Source: an uncultured delta proteobacterium
GTDB taxonomy: Bacteria; Myxococcota_A; Polyangia; Polyangiales; JAFGIB01
NCBI GenBank assembly: GCA_963778655.1
Contig: CAVZVA010000005.1
Location: forward strand, 224,001-288,000
DNA: 64,000 bases
Direction of reading: 5' to 3'
Positions 18,227 to 27,965 of this stretch are shown piece after piece. The notes under the pieces are model-generated. The model did not search any database. It saw nothing but the letters and a program-made list of their open reading frames with translations, and had not been told where the DNA came from. The position numbers and the translations under genes were made by a program. Numbering within the stretch: the first letter of the stretch is position 1; every line of letters starts with the position of its first letter.

Positions 18227-18793
18227 CTACAGCGTGACGCCGACGCTCGCGAGCAACGACATGCCGCTCACGTGCTTGCTTTCCGTCAGAAACATGTAGC
18301 GCGCCTCGGCGCCCACGAAGAGCAGGCCCGCCTTGACCAGCAGGGCGATGCCCGGGGCGAGGTAGAGGCTGCCGTCACTGGCCGAGATCTCGGCCGCGCC
18401 GGGGATGGTCACCTTTCCTTTGAGCACGGCGCGGCCGATGCCGAGCGACGGTCGCAGCACCAAGTTCTTGCCGAGCTCGTAGCCGAGGTCGATGCCGTAG
18501 GTTAAGTAGCTGAGCGACTGCTCGGTCGCGCTTGCGCCGGGTAGCACCGACGGGGTGTGCCCCTTGGCACCGAGGAAGCCGACCAGGCGCGCGCCAGCGT
18601 AGATGGGGATGCCGGGCAGGGTCAGCCCGGCGCTGAGGCCGAGCCCGAGACCGTAGGGGTTGACCGGTGAGTGCTTCTCCGTGCTGAAGCCGTAGCCGAG
18701 CAGCCCGCCTGCGTACAGGCTCTGGGCCTGGGCGCCCGCCGCGCACCCGAGACAGACCGCGATCACCGCCAAGAAGGCGCCGTGCTTGTGCAT
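18227..18793 (-). CDS. Small outer-membrane beta-barrel protein
   Basis: Signal peptide ending AQA, alternating Gly/aromatic beta-strands (GIDLGY, VGAEARY), C-terminal SVGVTL. Confidence 0.7.
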   Translation of the reverse strand: MHKHGAFLAVIAVCLGCAAGAQAQSLYAGGLLGYGFSTEKHSPVNPYGLGLGLSAGLTLPGIPIYAGARLVGFLGAKGHTPSVLPGASATEQSLSYLTYGIDLGYELGKNLVLRPSLGIGRAVLKGKVTIPGAAEISASDGSLYLAPGIALLVKAGLLFVGAEARYMFLTESKHVSGMSLLASVGVTL

Positions 18794-18959
18794 GCCGGCA
18801 GCATAATCCCGACCGCGGAGCATGCCAGGCCGGAGGATTCCCCGAGGCGTTTTGACCCGCCGCGGTCGGCGGCTTGCGACGGCCTGTGCTGGGGGGGCCG
18901 GGTCCTCTCGGCGGCGCCCCTGTGGCGCACCTGCCACGATCCGTGATATCGACGCCGCC

Positions 18960-20852
18960 GTGAAACGTCCGGTCTGGTTGTTCAGCCTCGACACCGAGGA
19001 GTTCTGGGCGGCGCCGCTGGCGACCGGCGGGCTCAAGGCGTATTTCGAGCGCCACGGCAAGAGCGCGGCTTCGACTTCGATCGAGATCGTCCACTTCCGC
19101 TACGCCGAGCAGATCGCCGAATGGCTGCGCGAGCACTGGGATGCGTTCCAAGTGCAGCTCGCGCGCCAAGCCATGCTGCGGGGGCTGCGCCCGGTGGTCG
19201 GCTTCAGCGTGTACACCTGGAACGCGGCCGAGTTCCTCGAGATGATCGCGCACATCCGCGCGAGCTGCCCCGGCATCCTGGTGGTGGCGGGCGGGCCGCA
19301 CGTGCAGCGCGCCGAGGACTACCTGGGCGACGAAGGCATCGACGCGGTGGTGCTGGGCGAAGGCGAGATCAGCTTCAGCGAGTGGCTCGACTGTGAAGGC
19401 CGCGAGCAGTGGGCCGGCGTGCGCGGGCTCGCGTACCTCGACCCGGACGGCCAGCCGGTGCGCACCGGGGAACGGCCGCGCCAGCACGACCTCGATGTGT
19501 TCCCCAGCGCGCTCGACGCGATCGAGCTGCGCGAGCCGGACGGCCGGCCCAGGTACAAGACCGTGGCCTACGAGACCTCGCGCGGCTGCCCCTTTCGCTG
19601 CGCCTTCTGCGAGTGGGGCACGGGCGCCATCGGCACCAAGATGTACCAGCACGGGCTGGCGCGCATCCGCAGCGACTTCGAGCGTCTGATCGAAGGCGGA
19701 ATCGAGGATATCTGGCTCGCCGACTCCAACTTCGGCGCGCTCAAGGAGGATCTCGACAAGGCCAAGATTCTGGTCGAGCTGCGCCAGCGCACCGGCCGCC
19801 CCTACACCGCGGCCACCAGCTGGTCCAAGACCCACAACGCGCGCGTGCAGGAGATCGTGCTGCTGCTCAAGCAGCACGGCATGCTCTTCCACTACAATCT
19901 CGCGCTGCAGACGCTCACCCCGCTCGCGCTCAAGCAGAGCAACCGCACCAACATGCGGTCCAATCAGTACGAGCCAATCGCCAAGGCCATGGCCGAGCAG
20001 GGCGTCACCATCGCCACTGAGCTGATCTGGGGGCTGCCCGGCGACAACCTGGCCGACTTCGAGAAGAACCTCGACCGGTTGGCCGCGGTGTTCACCAACA
20101 TCAACATCTTCGGCTTCGTGCTGCTGCCGGGCACCGAGTTCTTCGAGCGTCGCCAGGAGTACCGTATCGAGACCATCCCCGTGGCGGGCTACGGCAAGGC
20201 CAAGGGTGAGTACGTGGTCGGCTGCCACAGCTTCAGCCGCGACGAGGGCATCGAGGGCTACTTTCTGATCACCGCGCACATCTTGCTCATTCGCGGCCAC
20301 ATCATGCCGCTGCTGGTGCGCTTTCTCGCGCTCGACGGCGGCGTGCCGGTGTCGGCGTTGCTGCGCGTGGTGCTGAGGGCGCTGGCGCAGCGCTTTGCCG
20401 CGCAGCTGCCCGGGCTCGACCCCGGCGACCGGATGGAGATCTACGCGCGGCGCGCCGACCTGTATCTCGTGCTGCTGCGCGATCTGCCGGAGACCTTCGC
20501 CGTGATCGAAGCCACGGTCCGCGAGTGGCTGCGGCAGCATGACGCGTCGGCGAGCCTGCACGCGCGCGCGTCCCAGGTGCTCGCGCTCGACGAGGGTTTC
20601 TGCCCGCGCGTGGGGCCGGCCTGCCAGATCACGCGCCGCTTCGATTTCGCTGCCGATCGCGTGGAGCACTTCCTCGGGCGCATGGAGCTGCCTCCCGACG
20701 ACGCGTTTGCGGGCGTGGTGACCTCGTTCGAGATCCGGCATCCCGCGCACGTGGGCGAGGTGCTCAAGAACCCGGATGGCGGAAGCTGGATGCGCGGGCG
20801 AATCCACGTGGGCGCGGGCGAGGCTGCGCCCACACCCATGGTCGCCGGCTGA
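18960..20852 (+). CDS. Cobalamin-binding (class B) radical SAM protein, probable methyltransferase
   Basis: B12-binding domain (GFSVYTWN, AGGPH, GEGE), ETSRGCPFRCAFCEW (CxxxCxxC), DSNFG, ELIWGLPG. GTG 18960 start is inferred. Confidence 0.9.
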   Translation: MKRPVWLFSLDTEEFWAAPLATGGLKAYFERHGKSAASTSIEIVHFRYAEQIAEWLREHWDAFQVQLARQAMLRGLRPVVGFSVYTWNAAEFLEMIAHIRASCPGILVVAGGPHVQRAEDYLGDEGIDAVVLGEGEISFSEWLDCEGREQWAGVRGLAYLDPDGQPVRTGERPRQHDLDVFPSALDAIELREPDGRPRYKTVAYETSRGCPFRCAFCEWGTGAIGTKMYQHGLARIRSDFERLIEGGIEDIWLADSNFGALKEDLDKAKILVELRQRTGRPYTAATSWSKTHNARVQEIVLLLKQHGMLFHYNLALQTLTPLALKQSNRTNMRSNQYEPIAKAMAEQGVTIATELIWGLPGDNLADFEKNLDRLAAVFTNINIFGFVLLPGTEFFERRQEYRIETIPVAGYGKAKGEYVVGCHSFSRDEGIEGYFLITAHILLIRGHIMPLLVRFLALDGGVPVSALLRVVLRALAQRFAAQLPGLDPGDRMEIYARRADLYLVLLRDLPETFAVIEATVREWLRQHDASASLHARASQVLALDEGFCPRVGPACQITRRFDFAADRVEHFLGRMELPPDDAFAGVVTSFEIRHPAHVGEVLKNPDGGSWMRGRIHVGAGEAAPTPMVAG

Positions 20853-20922
20853 GCACGCACGACCGCCCGGGTGGGGCTGTAATCGGCGGCCGCGGTGAGG
20901 TATGAAGGGCGCCGGTCACCCG

Positions 20923-21324
20923 ATGGCTACTCCCATCTCGCGCTGGCTGTGCGCTGGGCTCCGCCGCGCGGCCTTTGGGCTGTCGGCCGCGGCCTGCGCC
21001 GGCGGCTGCTCGGCGCGGCACATCGCGGTCGGGGTGCAGTGCCCGAGCCCATATACTGGACACGCCACGATCGCCGGCGGCGACGCCGGCCAGGAGACGC
21101 TGTTCGGCACGAGCTGCGCCGCCAAGGGCAGCGATCCCTGCAGCGGTGAGTTGCAGCTCGACAAGGACGGCTGCCCGACCTTCGTCACCTTCGGCAGCTG
21201 CGGAGGCGACATCTGCCTCGGCGATCAGCTGATCCAACGGTCGGCCGATGCGGGCAGCGCGGGTGAAGACGCGGGGTCCGAGCAGGACGGCGGCACGCTC
21301 GGGGAGGGCAGCAGTGCGCACTAG
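20923..21324 (+). CDS. Cys-rich putative lipoprotein
   Basis: Lipobox-like AGGC, six further Cys, DAG-rich acidic tail typical of myxobacterial secreted proteins. Confidence 0.55.
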   Translation: MATPISRWLCAGLRRAAFGLSAAACAGGCSARHIAVGVQCPSPYTGHATIAGGDAGQETLFGTSCAAKGSDPCSGELQLDKDGCPTFVTFGSCGGDICLGDQLIQRSADAGSAGEDAGSEQDGGTLGEGSSAH

Positions 21325-22420
21325 CAGCTCGAGCGCTCGCGGCCGGCACGCGCTTGCGCTTGTGCTGCTGGCGGCCGCGCTGGTCGCGCCGGGTCGAGCC
21401 GGCTCGCGTGCGCTTGCGCAAGCGGCGGCCGCACCGTCGCAGAGCGCGGCGCCGGGGGCGGCCGCTGGGGAGGCGGCGCCGAGCGCCAGCGCGCCGCCCA
21501 GCGCGAGCGCGAGCACGAGTCCGAGTCCGAGTCCGAGTCCGAGTCCGAGTCCGAGTCCGAGTCCGAGTCCGACTACGCCGACGGCGACAACGACGCCCGC
21601 GGGTGCGCCTGCGCCCACGCCCGCTTCGGAGGCGCCGGCCGCGACCAGCAGCGCTTCGCGTGCTCCTTCGCCCGCGGTTGCAGCTCCTGCTGAAGCCGCG
21701 CCGGCCCCGGTGCCCGCTGTTGTCGCACCGCCGCCACCACCGCCACCACCGCCACCACCGCCGGCCGCAGCCCCTGCGCCGGTGGTCGTCGCGCCGCTGC
21801 CGCGCGCGCCGATCGAGCCGGCGAGTGAACGCCCTCAGCCGACCGAGACCGCTTCCTGGCTCGGTGCCGGTCTGGCGCTCGGGGTGCTGAACCTGCCCAA
21901 GCTCGGCACCGGCCTGACCGTGGCCGGCGAGCTGCGCGCCGGGAAGTTCTGGCCGATCGAGCTTTCCGCCGTCTACTGGTTCACCAACGACGCGGATCTG
22001 AGTCGCGACCAGCTCGACCTGCGAGCCAATCCGTTGATCGGCGCGCCCTTTCCGTCGAAGGGCAGTCGGGTGAGCGTGCGCGCGGTGCAGGCGAGCCTGG
22101 CGCTGTGCCCGTACGAGCACGGCCTGACGCCGGGCTCACTGCTTCTGTGCGCCGGCGCGCAGGGCGGAGTGCTTCGCGCCGAAGGCAGCGGCTTCAAGTC
22201 GCAGTCCCAGAGCGCGCGCCCGCTCTTCGCGCTCGAGGCATATGCGCGCTGGCACTTCCAGCTCGGCGAAGCTCTGGGGGTGAGCTACAGCGCCGGGATC
22301 TTCGTGCCCTTGATGCGCGATCGCTTCGGCTACACCGATCGCTTTGGGCACTACAATCAGCAGTTCCGCCAGGGCCCTGCGGGCGGCCGGCTGGACCTGG
22401 TGCTCACGCACAGCTTCTGA
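21314..22420 (+). CDS. Secreted protein with Pro/Ser/Ala linker and C-terminal outer-membrane beta-barrel-like domain
   Basis: Signal peptide, (SP)9 and poly-Pro linker, amphipathic strands, C-terminal Phe (LVLTHSF). Confidence 0.65.
   Translation: MRTSSSSARGRHALALVLLAAALVAPGRAGSRALAQAAAAPSQSAAPGAAAGEAAPSASAPPSASASTSPSPSPSPSPSPSPSPSPTTPTATTTPAGAPAPTPASEAPAATSSASRAPSPAVAAPAEAAPAPVPAVVAPPPPPPPPPPPPAAAPAPVVVAPLPRAPIEPASERPQPTETASWLGAGLALGVLNLPKLGTGLTVAGELRAGKFWPIELSAVYWFTNDADLSRDQLDLRANPLIGAPFPSKGSRVSVRAVQASLALCPYEHGLTPGSLLLCAGAQGGVLRAEGSGFKSQSQSARPLFALEAYARWHFQLGEALGVSYSAGIFVPLMRDRFGYTDRFGHYNQQFRQGPAGGRLDLVLTHSF
21517..21570 (+). repeat. (GAGTCC)x9 in-frame microsatellite encoding (SP)9
   Basis: Nine perfect hexamer copies read directly. 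Confidence 0.95.
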
Positions 22421-22546
22421 GTGACTCTGAGCCGCACGCTGGTTGCACGCCGCAGCGGGTGCGGGCTCAGGCCGTCACGCCGGCACGCGGTCGGGCGCCG
22501 GGGCCCGCGATCGGGCCCCGGGTAGTGGGCAAGCCGTTGCCGGAGC

Positions 22547-23872
22547 TCAGGGCAGCACGCAGTTGAGCGCGGGGCCTACGATGGCGCCCCACAGGTTGCA
22601 CATCTCGCCGGTCTTGACCGAGTTGGTGTAGGTCAGGCCGCCCGGCTGGTCGTTGTTGACGATGTGGCAGTCCCACAGCAGCGTGTCGCCGGCGTGCACG
22701 TCGAGCCTGCCCGAGGATGCGCCCGGCGAGCTGTCGGAGAACGGCGGATTGACGGTCACGCTGTCGTAGGAGAATTCGGCGGGGTCGAGGTAGTCGTACA
22801 TCTCGAACACCTTCTCGACGTCGCCGCTTGCCCGCTGAATCGAGGCCGTCAAGTGCGTGCCGTGCGAATGAAAGTGTCCGAGCAGCCCTAGAATGCGTCC
22901 GTCGGCCGTGATCGGGCACGAGTACGAGTAGGTCTTGTCCGTGCCCATCGCGATCGGCGCGATGAGCCAGCCCAGCCCCCCCATGCCGCGGATCTGATTC
23001 GTCTCTTCGGTGACCACCGACTTGTCGACGAAGTAGATGTTCATCCAGAACTCGCGCAGCATGTCGTTCTGGGTGAAGTTGAAGTTGTGCATGTCCGCCT
23101 GCGACGGGGTGTTCGCCGGAACCATGCGTCCGACGTTCGCGTTTTCCGGCGCCACCGGCATGCGCGGCATGAAGGGCTTGGAAGCGCCGGGCAGGTTGTC
23201 GATGATGTTGCCGTTCGTGCCGGTGCCGGGGTCCGCGCAGGCCGTGAACCCGCCGTCCGTCATCTCCACGTTGTACATGGTGTTGATGATGTGGTGCGAG
23301 CCGGCACGGCCGCTGAGCACGAAGCTCTGGTAGTAGACGTCCTTGTCGTTGGGCGTGTGGAACGTCCAACACGAGTCGACCTCCTGTCCGGCCTTGAGCA
23401 GGAACTTGTTGATCTGGTCAGGGTCGTTGTAGTCGCTCGGGCCGATGTGGATCTGCATGCCCTCGTCCGGTGCGGGCGGCAGGATGCAGGCATTGTCATC
23501 GGGAAAGCCGCTGTCGATGTTGCACTTGCCGCGCGGATCCGCGTACTCGGCCGGCGCGCCCTGCATCGAGCCTGCGCCGGCGGAGCCCATCGAGCCGCCG
23601 CCCATGCCCGCAGCGCCGGCGGTCATGCCCGTGCCCGGAGCCGTAGCGGCACCGCCACCGGCTGCGCCGGCGCTGCTGCCACTGCCGCTGCTACCGCCGC
23701 TGCTACCGCCGCTGCCGGTAGCCGACGATCCCCCGCTGTTGGCCGCGCTCGGCGTGCCCGACTTGCTCGCGGTCTTGCCGCTGCTCTGCATGCCGCTGCC
23801 GCTCGAACCGCAACCCGCGATTGCCGCTGCCAGCAGCCACGACGCCACCCGCGCCAGTGCCCTGTTTCCCAT
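22547..23872 (-). CDS. Lipoprotein with PHM/DBH-like copper type II monooxygenase domains
   Basis: Lipobox IAGC and G/S linker. SHHI (HH), MHNFN (H), GHFHSHG (HxH) and GEMCN (Met) match the CuH/CuM ligand order of peptidylglycine alpha-hydroxylating monooxygenase. Confidence 0.8.
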   Translation of the reverse strand: MGNRALARVASWLLAAAIAGCGSSGSGMQSSGKTASKSGTPSAANSGGSSATGSGGSSGGSSGSGSSAGAAGGGAATAPGTGMTAGAAGMGGGSMGSAGAGSMQGAPAEYADPRGKCNIDSGFPDDNACILPPAPDEGMQIHIGPSDYNDPDQINKFLLKAGQEVDSCWTFHTPNDKDVYYQSFVLSGRAGSHHIINTMYNVEMTDGGFTACADPGTGTNGNIIDNLPGASKPFMPRMPVAPENANVGRMVPANTPSQADMHNFNFTQNDMLREFWMNIYFVDKSVVTEETNQIRGMGGLGWLIAPIAMGTDKTYSYSCPITADGRILGLLGHFHSHGTHLTASIQRASGDVEKVFEMYDYLDPAEFSYDSVTVNPPFSDSSPGASSGRLDVHAGDTLLWDCHIVNNDQPGGLTYTNSVKTGEMCNLWGAIVGPALNCVLP

Positions 23873-24056
23873 GAGACCTCCTGTGGCAGCAGGCCGCCAC
23901 CGACCAACTATGAAGCGACCACTGCTGCCCACACCAACCACGCCCTACGACGCAGTGGTATTAATGCGGAGGGGTGAAGGATCGTCAACTTGAATCGAGT
24001 TTAAAAGCGGCCTGATCCGGGACGCTTGGCTGATGCCGCCCGCCGTTGCGGCCGGC

Positions 24057-24072
24057 TGGCGCAGCTTGTGCA
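24057..24072 (+). promoter_or_regulatory. Possible sigma54 (-24/-12) promoter upstream of the TonB-dependent receptor
   Basis: TGGCGCAGCTTGTGCA fits the GG-N10-GC spacing. Confidence 0.35.
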
Positions 24073-24264
24073 TCACGCCGCCCCTATTGCGATGGATCCA
24101 TAGCGTTTTGCGCGCGCGCGGTTGGCCCGCGACTCGCGCTCGATCCCGCTGCACCTGATTTGAAGAACATTCAGAGGGAAGCCTTGACCCCTCGCGCGCA
24201 ACTCGGCTATCGAGCTGGGGCGGCGGGTTTGGGACCGAGCGGGTCCAGGGTGAGGGTTATCGAG

Positions 24265-27200
24265 ATGAGGATTGGCAGCGGGATGATTGCGCTGGCGTTC
24301 GGCGCGGCCATGACGTGGGGTACGCGCGGCGTCGCGCAACAGGCGCCGAGCAACGTGAGGGGCGCCACGGCGCCATCGGCCGGCGCTGCGCCTGCTTCGC
24401 CTGCCCCCCCCGCAGCCGAGACACCGGCCGCGGCGCCGCGGCCGGGGACGCCCGCTGAAACGGCCGTCCCCGCGTCCCCTGCGGGGTCCGCGCCTGCTGC
24501 GGCGGCGGCCCGGCCGTCCCCCGAAGGGTCTCCGGCACCCGCAACGCCGCCGCCCGCGCCGCCCGCTGCGCCGAGCCCAGCGGCCACCGCGGCCTCGGCA
24601 GGAGCCTCGCTCTCGACCGGCGCGGTGTCCGTCGAAGCCGCGCCGCCCGTGCCCGCAGCACCTGCTCCGGCGGCGCACGTCGATGCCGGCGAAGGCGAGC
24701 CGAAGGCGAGCACCCCGGCGGTGCCGCCGACTGCGCCGGTGATCGCGGGCTCGAACATCCGCCGCCCACTGCAGCTGTATGAAGGCACACCCGTGATCGA
24801 CAGCCCGCTGGCGGTCGAGATGCAGAACCGCGACTACATGCAGATGCGACGCCAGTTCACCGGCATCGCGGTTCCGGACGACGCCGCGGCGCTCGGGCTG
24901 TACGCGCCCGGCACCTCCTCGTTTCTGTTGCGCGAGCAGCCGACGCTTGTGCTGCTCAACGGCCGCCGCCTGATCAGCTCGCCGATGCCGGGGCCGGATG
25001 GTGCCGACTTCGTCGACATGAATCAGATCCCGATCTCCTTGATCGACCACGTCGAATTCAGCAAGGGCAACCAGTCTTCGCTCTACGGCGCGGACGCGAC
25101 CGGCGGCGTGGTCAACGTGGTGACCAAGCGCACGTTCAAGGGCGTGGAGCTCGACGGCGGAGCACAGGCCACCGACACCTTCAGCCAGCACACCGAGGAC
25201 GTGACGCTGACGCTCGGCACCGGCGACCAGCACAGCGGCATGAGCTCGATGGTCAGCTACTTCACCAGCCAGCCGCTCAAGGCCACGGACCGGCCGTTCA
25301 TCGAGCAGCGCGCCGACCTGATGGAGAGCCTGCTGAGCTTTCCTGGCTCGTTTCGGCCGCTCTCGGGCGGGCGCTTCGTGGTCCCCGACCCGGCCTGCAA
25401 CCTGGCCAAGAACAAGCTCGGGATCGGCGCCGGGCTGGAGACGCGGCTGCCGGACTACGGCCCGGTGCCCAAGAGCGGCGACATCTCGAGCCTGAGCTAC
25501 ATCCCGCAGGCGCGCCGCACCGAGCTGATCTCGGAGTACGACTCGCGCATCCTCAACCCCGACGGCAGCATCGCCCGCGACCGCGACGGGCTGCTGCAGC
25601 CGGATGAGATCTCGACCTTCTGCACCGGCGATTTTGCCCGCCATTACGATCTGGTGCTCAAGGAACAGCGCATTCAGACCTACAACACCTTCTGGCACGG
25701 CTTCACCAAGCACACCGAGGGCTTCGGCGAGCTCGGCTACTACCGCAATGCCAACGAGAACCGCGCCGCGCCTTCGTTTCCGATTCTCACAGGCGACGAA
25801 AACGTGTTCGTGCCGGCCGACAGCGGGACCAACGACATCCACCAGGACATTCCGACTGGCGGCCAGTACAGCCCGGTGCCCAATCCGCTGATCCTGGCCA
25901 GCCGTATTCAGGGCAACTACCAGGCGAGCCAGATCAACAGCCGGCGTCTGGACGTCTGGCGCGGCGTGCTAGGGCTGCGCGGCGACTTCAAGGACGCTGC
26001 GGCGGGCTCGGTGGCGGAGAGCTGGGACTGGGAGCTGGCCGGGACCTACAGCATCTCGGAGTCGATCTCGCGCGTGCCCGACGTGATCACGAGCCAGCTG
26101 ATCAAGGCGCTCAACAGCTGCAGCGGCGCCACCATCACCGAGCGCCAGGAGGCGGGCTGCTACAATCCCTTCTTCAGCTCGGCGCTCAACAATGCGGTGA
26201 TCAACCCGCTCGGCGTAGACCTGCCGAGCGGCGTGAAGACCAGCCCCAGCATCAACGGCTACCCCGCGACCGACACCAACGGCAACGGCATCCAGGACGG
26301 TGGCTTCATTTGTGACCCCAACGATCCGGCGCACCCGTGTCCGGCCGGATTCGACCCCGCGAATGCCGGCACGGTGAACACGGCGGCGGTGATCGACCGG
26401 CTGATGGGTCAATCGACCCAGATCTCCAAGAAGACCCTGTTCACGCTCGACGGCGTGCTGCGTGGCGATCTGTTCGACCTGCCCGGCGGAAAGGCGGCGT
26501 ACGCGGCTGGCGGCCAGGCCAGGCGCGAGACGCTCAACGTCGACTATGACGAGACCTACAACCAGAAGGACTACGCGTTTCTATACGGCGGTCCGGACGT
26601 GCACGCGCCGGGACGCGACATCTTCGCCGGCTTCGGCGAGCTGCGCCTACCCCTGGTGAGCGGGCTCGAGCTTCAGGGGGCCGGCCGCTACGAGCACTAT
26701 CAGAAGACGGGCGGCGCGCTCGGTGCGAGCGCGGGGCTGGCGCTGCGGCCGTTCGCGCTCGGCGGCAACCGGCCGCCGGAGGCGCTCAAGTATCTGCTCG
26801 TGCGCGGCGGCGTTGCGCACGGCTTCCGTGCGCCGAGCCTGCTGCAGATGTACGGCACCTACACCACGTTCGAAGAAGTGTACTTCCACGAGCTCACCAC
26901 GTTCCGGCCCTACACCGCGAACGGCAATCCGCACCTGAAGTTCGAGACCACCGACACGGCCAACGCCGGGCTGCAGTGGGACTTCAAAGGCGCGCACGCG
27001 GAGCTCGACGGCTGGCTGTCCAAGATTCACAACATCGTCGCGACCGACAACCCGCGGCGTCTCATCTACGATTGCACCGCCGCGACGTCGGACAGGGTGG
27101 ACATTTCGTACCGGGCCTACGCACCTTTCGGCGACTGCCCCGCGCTGAGCATCAGCCCCAACCAGAACCTCGTCGAGATGAACGTCCAGTTCGACAACAT

Positions 27201-27837
27201 GGCCGATGTGACCACCAACGGTCTGGACGGCATCCTCAGCTACACGCTCGACACCAAGCGCCGTGGCATGGGGGACGCCGGCACCTTCTTCCTGGGTGTG
27301 CTCGGCACCTACCTCAACAGCTACAAGATCGAAGGCGCCCGCGTGCTGCGCGAGCAGTTCCGGACCTTGGCTGAGGTGCCCGATCCCGCAAACACTACGC
27401 AGAAGGTGGCGTACGGCCCCGGCGCCGTGCCACGCGGCGCCACCGCGAGCTTCCAGGCCGCTGGCGAGCGCAACCTCGACAACTTCGCCCCGCCGCTGCC
27501 CAAGCTGCGCCTGACCATCCCGCTGCGCTGGAGCTACGGCGATCACACGGTAGGCATCACCGCGCGTTACATCTCGGGCTACCGCGACGGCAGCGAGCAC
27601 ACCGTGTTCGAGCTGGGCCAACCGATGGACATCGCCAGCATGACGGTGTTCGACGTGATGTACGGCTTCGCGTTCGGCGAGCCGAGCTGGCACACGCGCC
27701 TGCAGGTCGGTGTGATCAATGTCTTCGGCACCGATCCGCCGGTGGTCGACGGCTCACTGACCGGCATCGCCTACGAGGTCGGGGTGCACGACCCGCGCGG
27801 CCGCATCGTCTACGCGCGCGCAACGGCGACGTTTTGA
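24265..27837 (+). CDS. TonB-dependent outer-membrane receptor with long Pro/Ala N-terminal linker and Cys-rich loops
   Basis: IAGSNIRR, TLVLLNGRR, VDMNQIP..LID.VE, SSLYGADA.GGVVN, GFRAPSL, NP.LK.E, C-terminal GRIVYARATATF. Confidence 0.9.
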   Translation: MRIGSGMIALAFGAAMTWGTRGVAQQAPSNVRGATAPSAGAAPASPAPPAAETPAAAPRPGTPAETAVPASPAGSAPAAAAARPSPEGSPAPATPPPAPPAAPSPAATAASAGASLSTGAVSVEAAPPVPAAPAPAAHVDAGEGEPKASTPAVPPTAPVIAGSNIRRPLQLYEGTPVIDSPLAVEMQNRDYMQMRRQFTGIAVPDDAAALGLYAPGTSSFLLREQPTLVLLNGRRLISSPMPGPDGADFVDMNQIPISLIDHVEFSKGNQSSLYGADATGGVVNVVTKRTFKGVELDGGAQATDTFSQHTEDVTLTLGTGDQHSGMSSMVSYFTSQPLKATDRPFIEQRADLMESLLSFPGSFRPLSGGRFVVPDPACNLAKNKLGIGAGLETRLPDYGPVPKSGDISSLSYIPQARRTELISEYDSRILNPDGSIARDRDGLLQPDEISTFCTGDFARHYDLVLKEQRIQTYNTFWHGFTKHTEGFGELGYYRNANENRAAPSFPILTGDENVFVPADSGTNDIHQDIPTGGQYSPVPNPLILASRIQGNYQASQINSRRLDVWRGVLGLRGDFKDAAAGSVAESWDWELAGTYSISESISRVPDVITSQLIKALNSCSGATITERQEAGCYNPFFSSALNNAVINPLGVDLPSGVKTSPSINGYPATDTNGNGIQDGGFICDPNDPAHPCPAGFDPANAGTVNTAAVIDRLMGQSTQISKKTLFTLDGVLRGDLFDLPGGKAAYAAGGQARRETLNVDYDETYNQKDYAFLYGGPDVHAPGRDIFAGFGELRLPLVSGLELQGAGRYEHYQKTGGALGASAGLALRPFALGGNRPPEALKYLLVRGGVAHGFRAPSLLQMYGTYTTFEEVYFHELTTFRPYTANGNPHLKFETTDTANAGLQWDFKGAHAELDGWLSKIHNIVATDNPRRLIYDCTAATSDRVDISYRAYAPFGDCPALSISPNQNLVEMNVQFDNMADVTTNGLDGILSYTLDTKRRGMGDAGTFFLGVLGTYLNSYKIEGARVLREQFRTLAEVPDPANTTQKVAYGPGAVPRGATASFQAAGERNLDNFAPPLPKLRLTIPLRWSYGDHTVGITARYISGYRDGSEHTVFELGQPMDIASMTVFDVMYGFAFGEPSWHTRLQVGVINVFGTDPPVVDGSLTGIAYEVGVHDPRGRIVYARATATF

Positions 27838-27965
27838 GCTGATTTCAAAATATCGCTATAGGATTTGGCGAGCCGGTGTAAACGAAATGGGAAAGAGGGT
27901 CCTTTACTTTGAGTAGGGGTCCGCTACTACAGATCACGGCACTGGCCGTTGGGTGGAGGTGAGAC

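Noticed and set aside
20923..21324. RiPP precursor for the upstream radical SAM enzyme
   Set aside because: It has a signal peptide/lipobox and paired Cys typical of exported myxobacterial proteins, with no leader/core structure or RiPP exporter.
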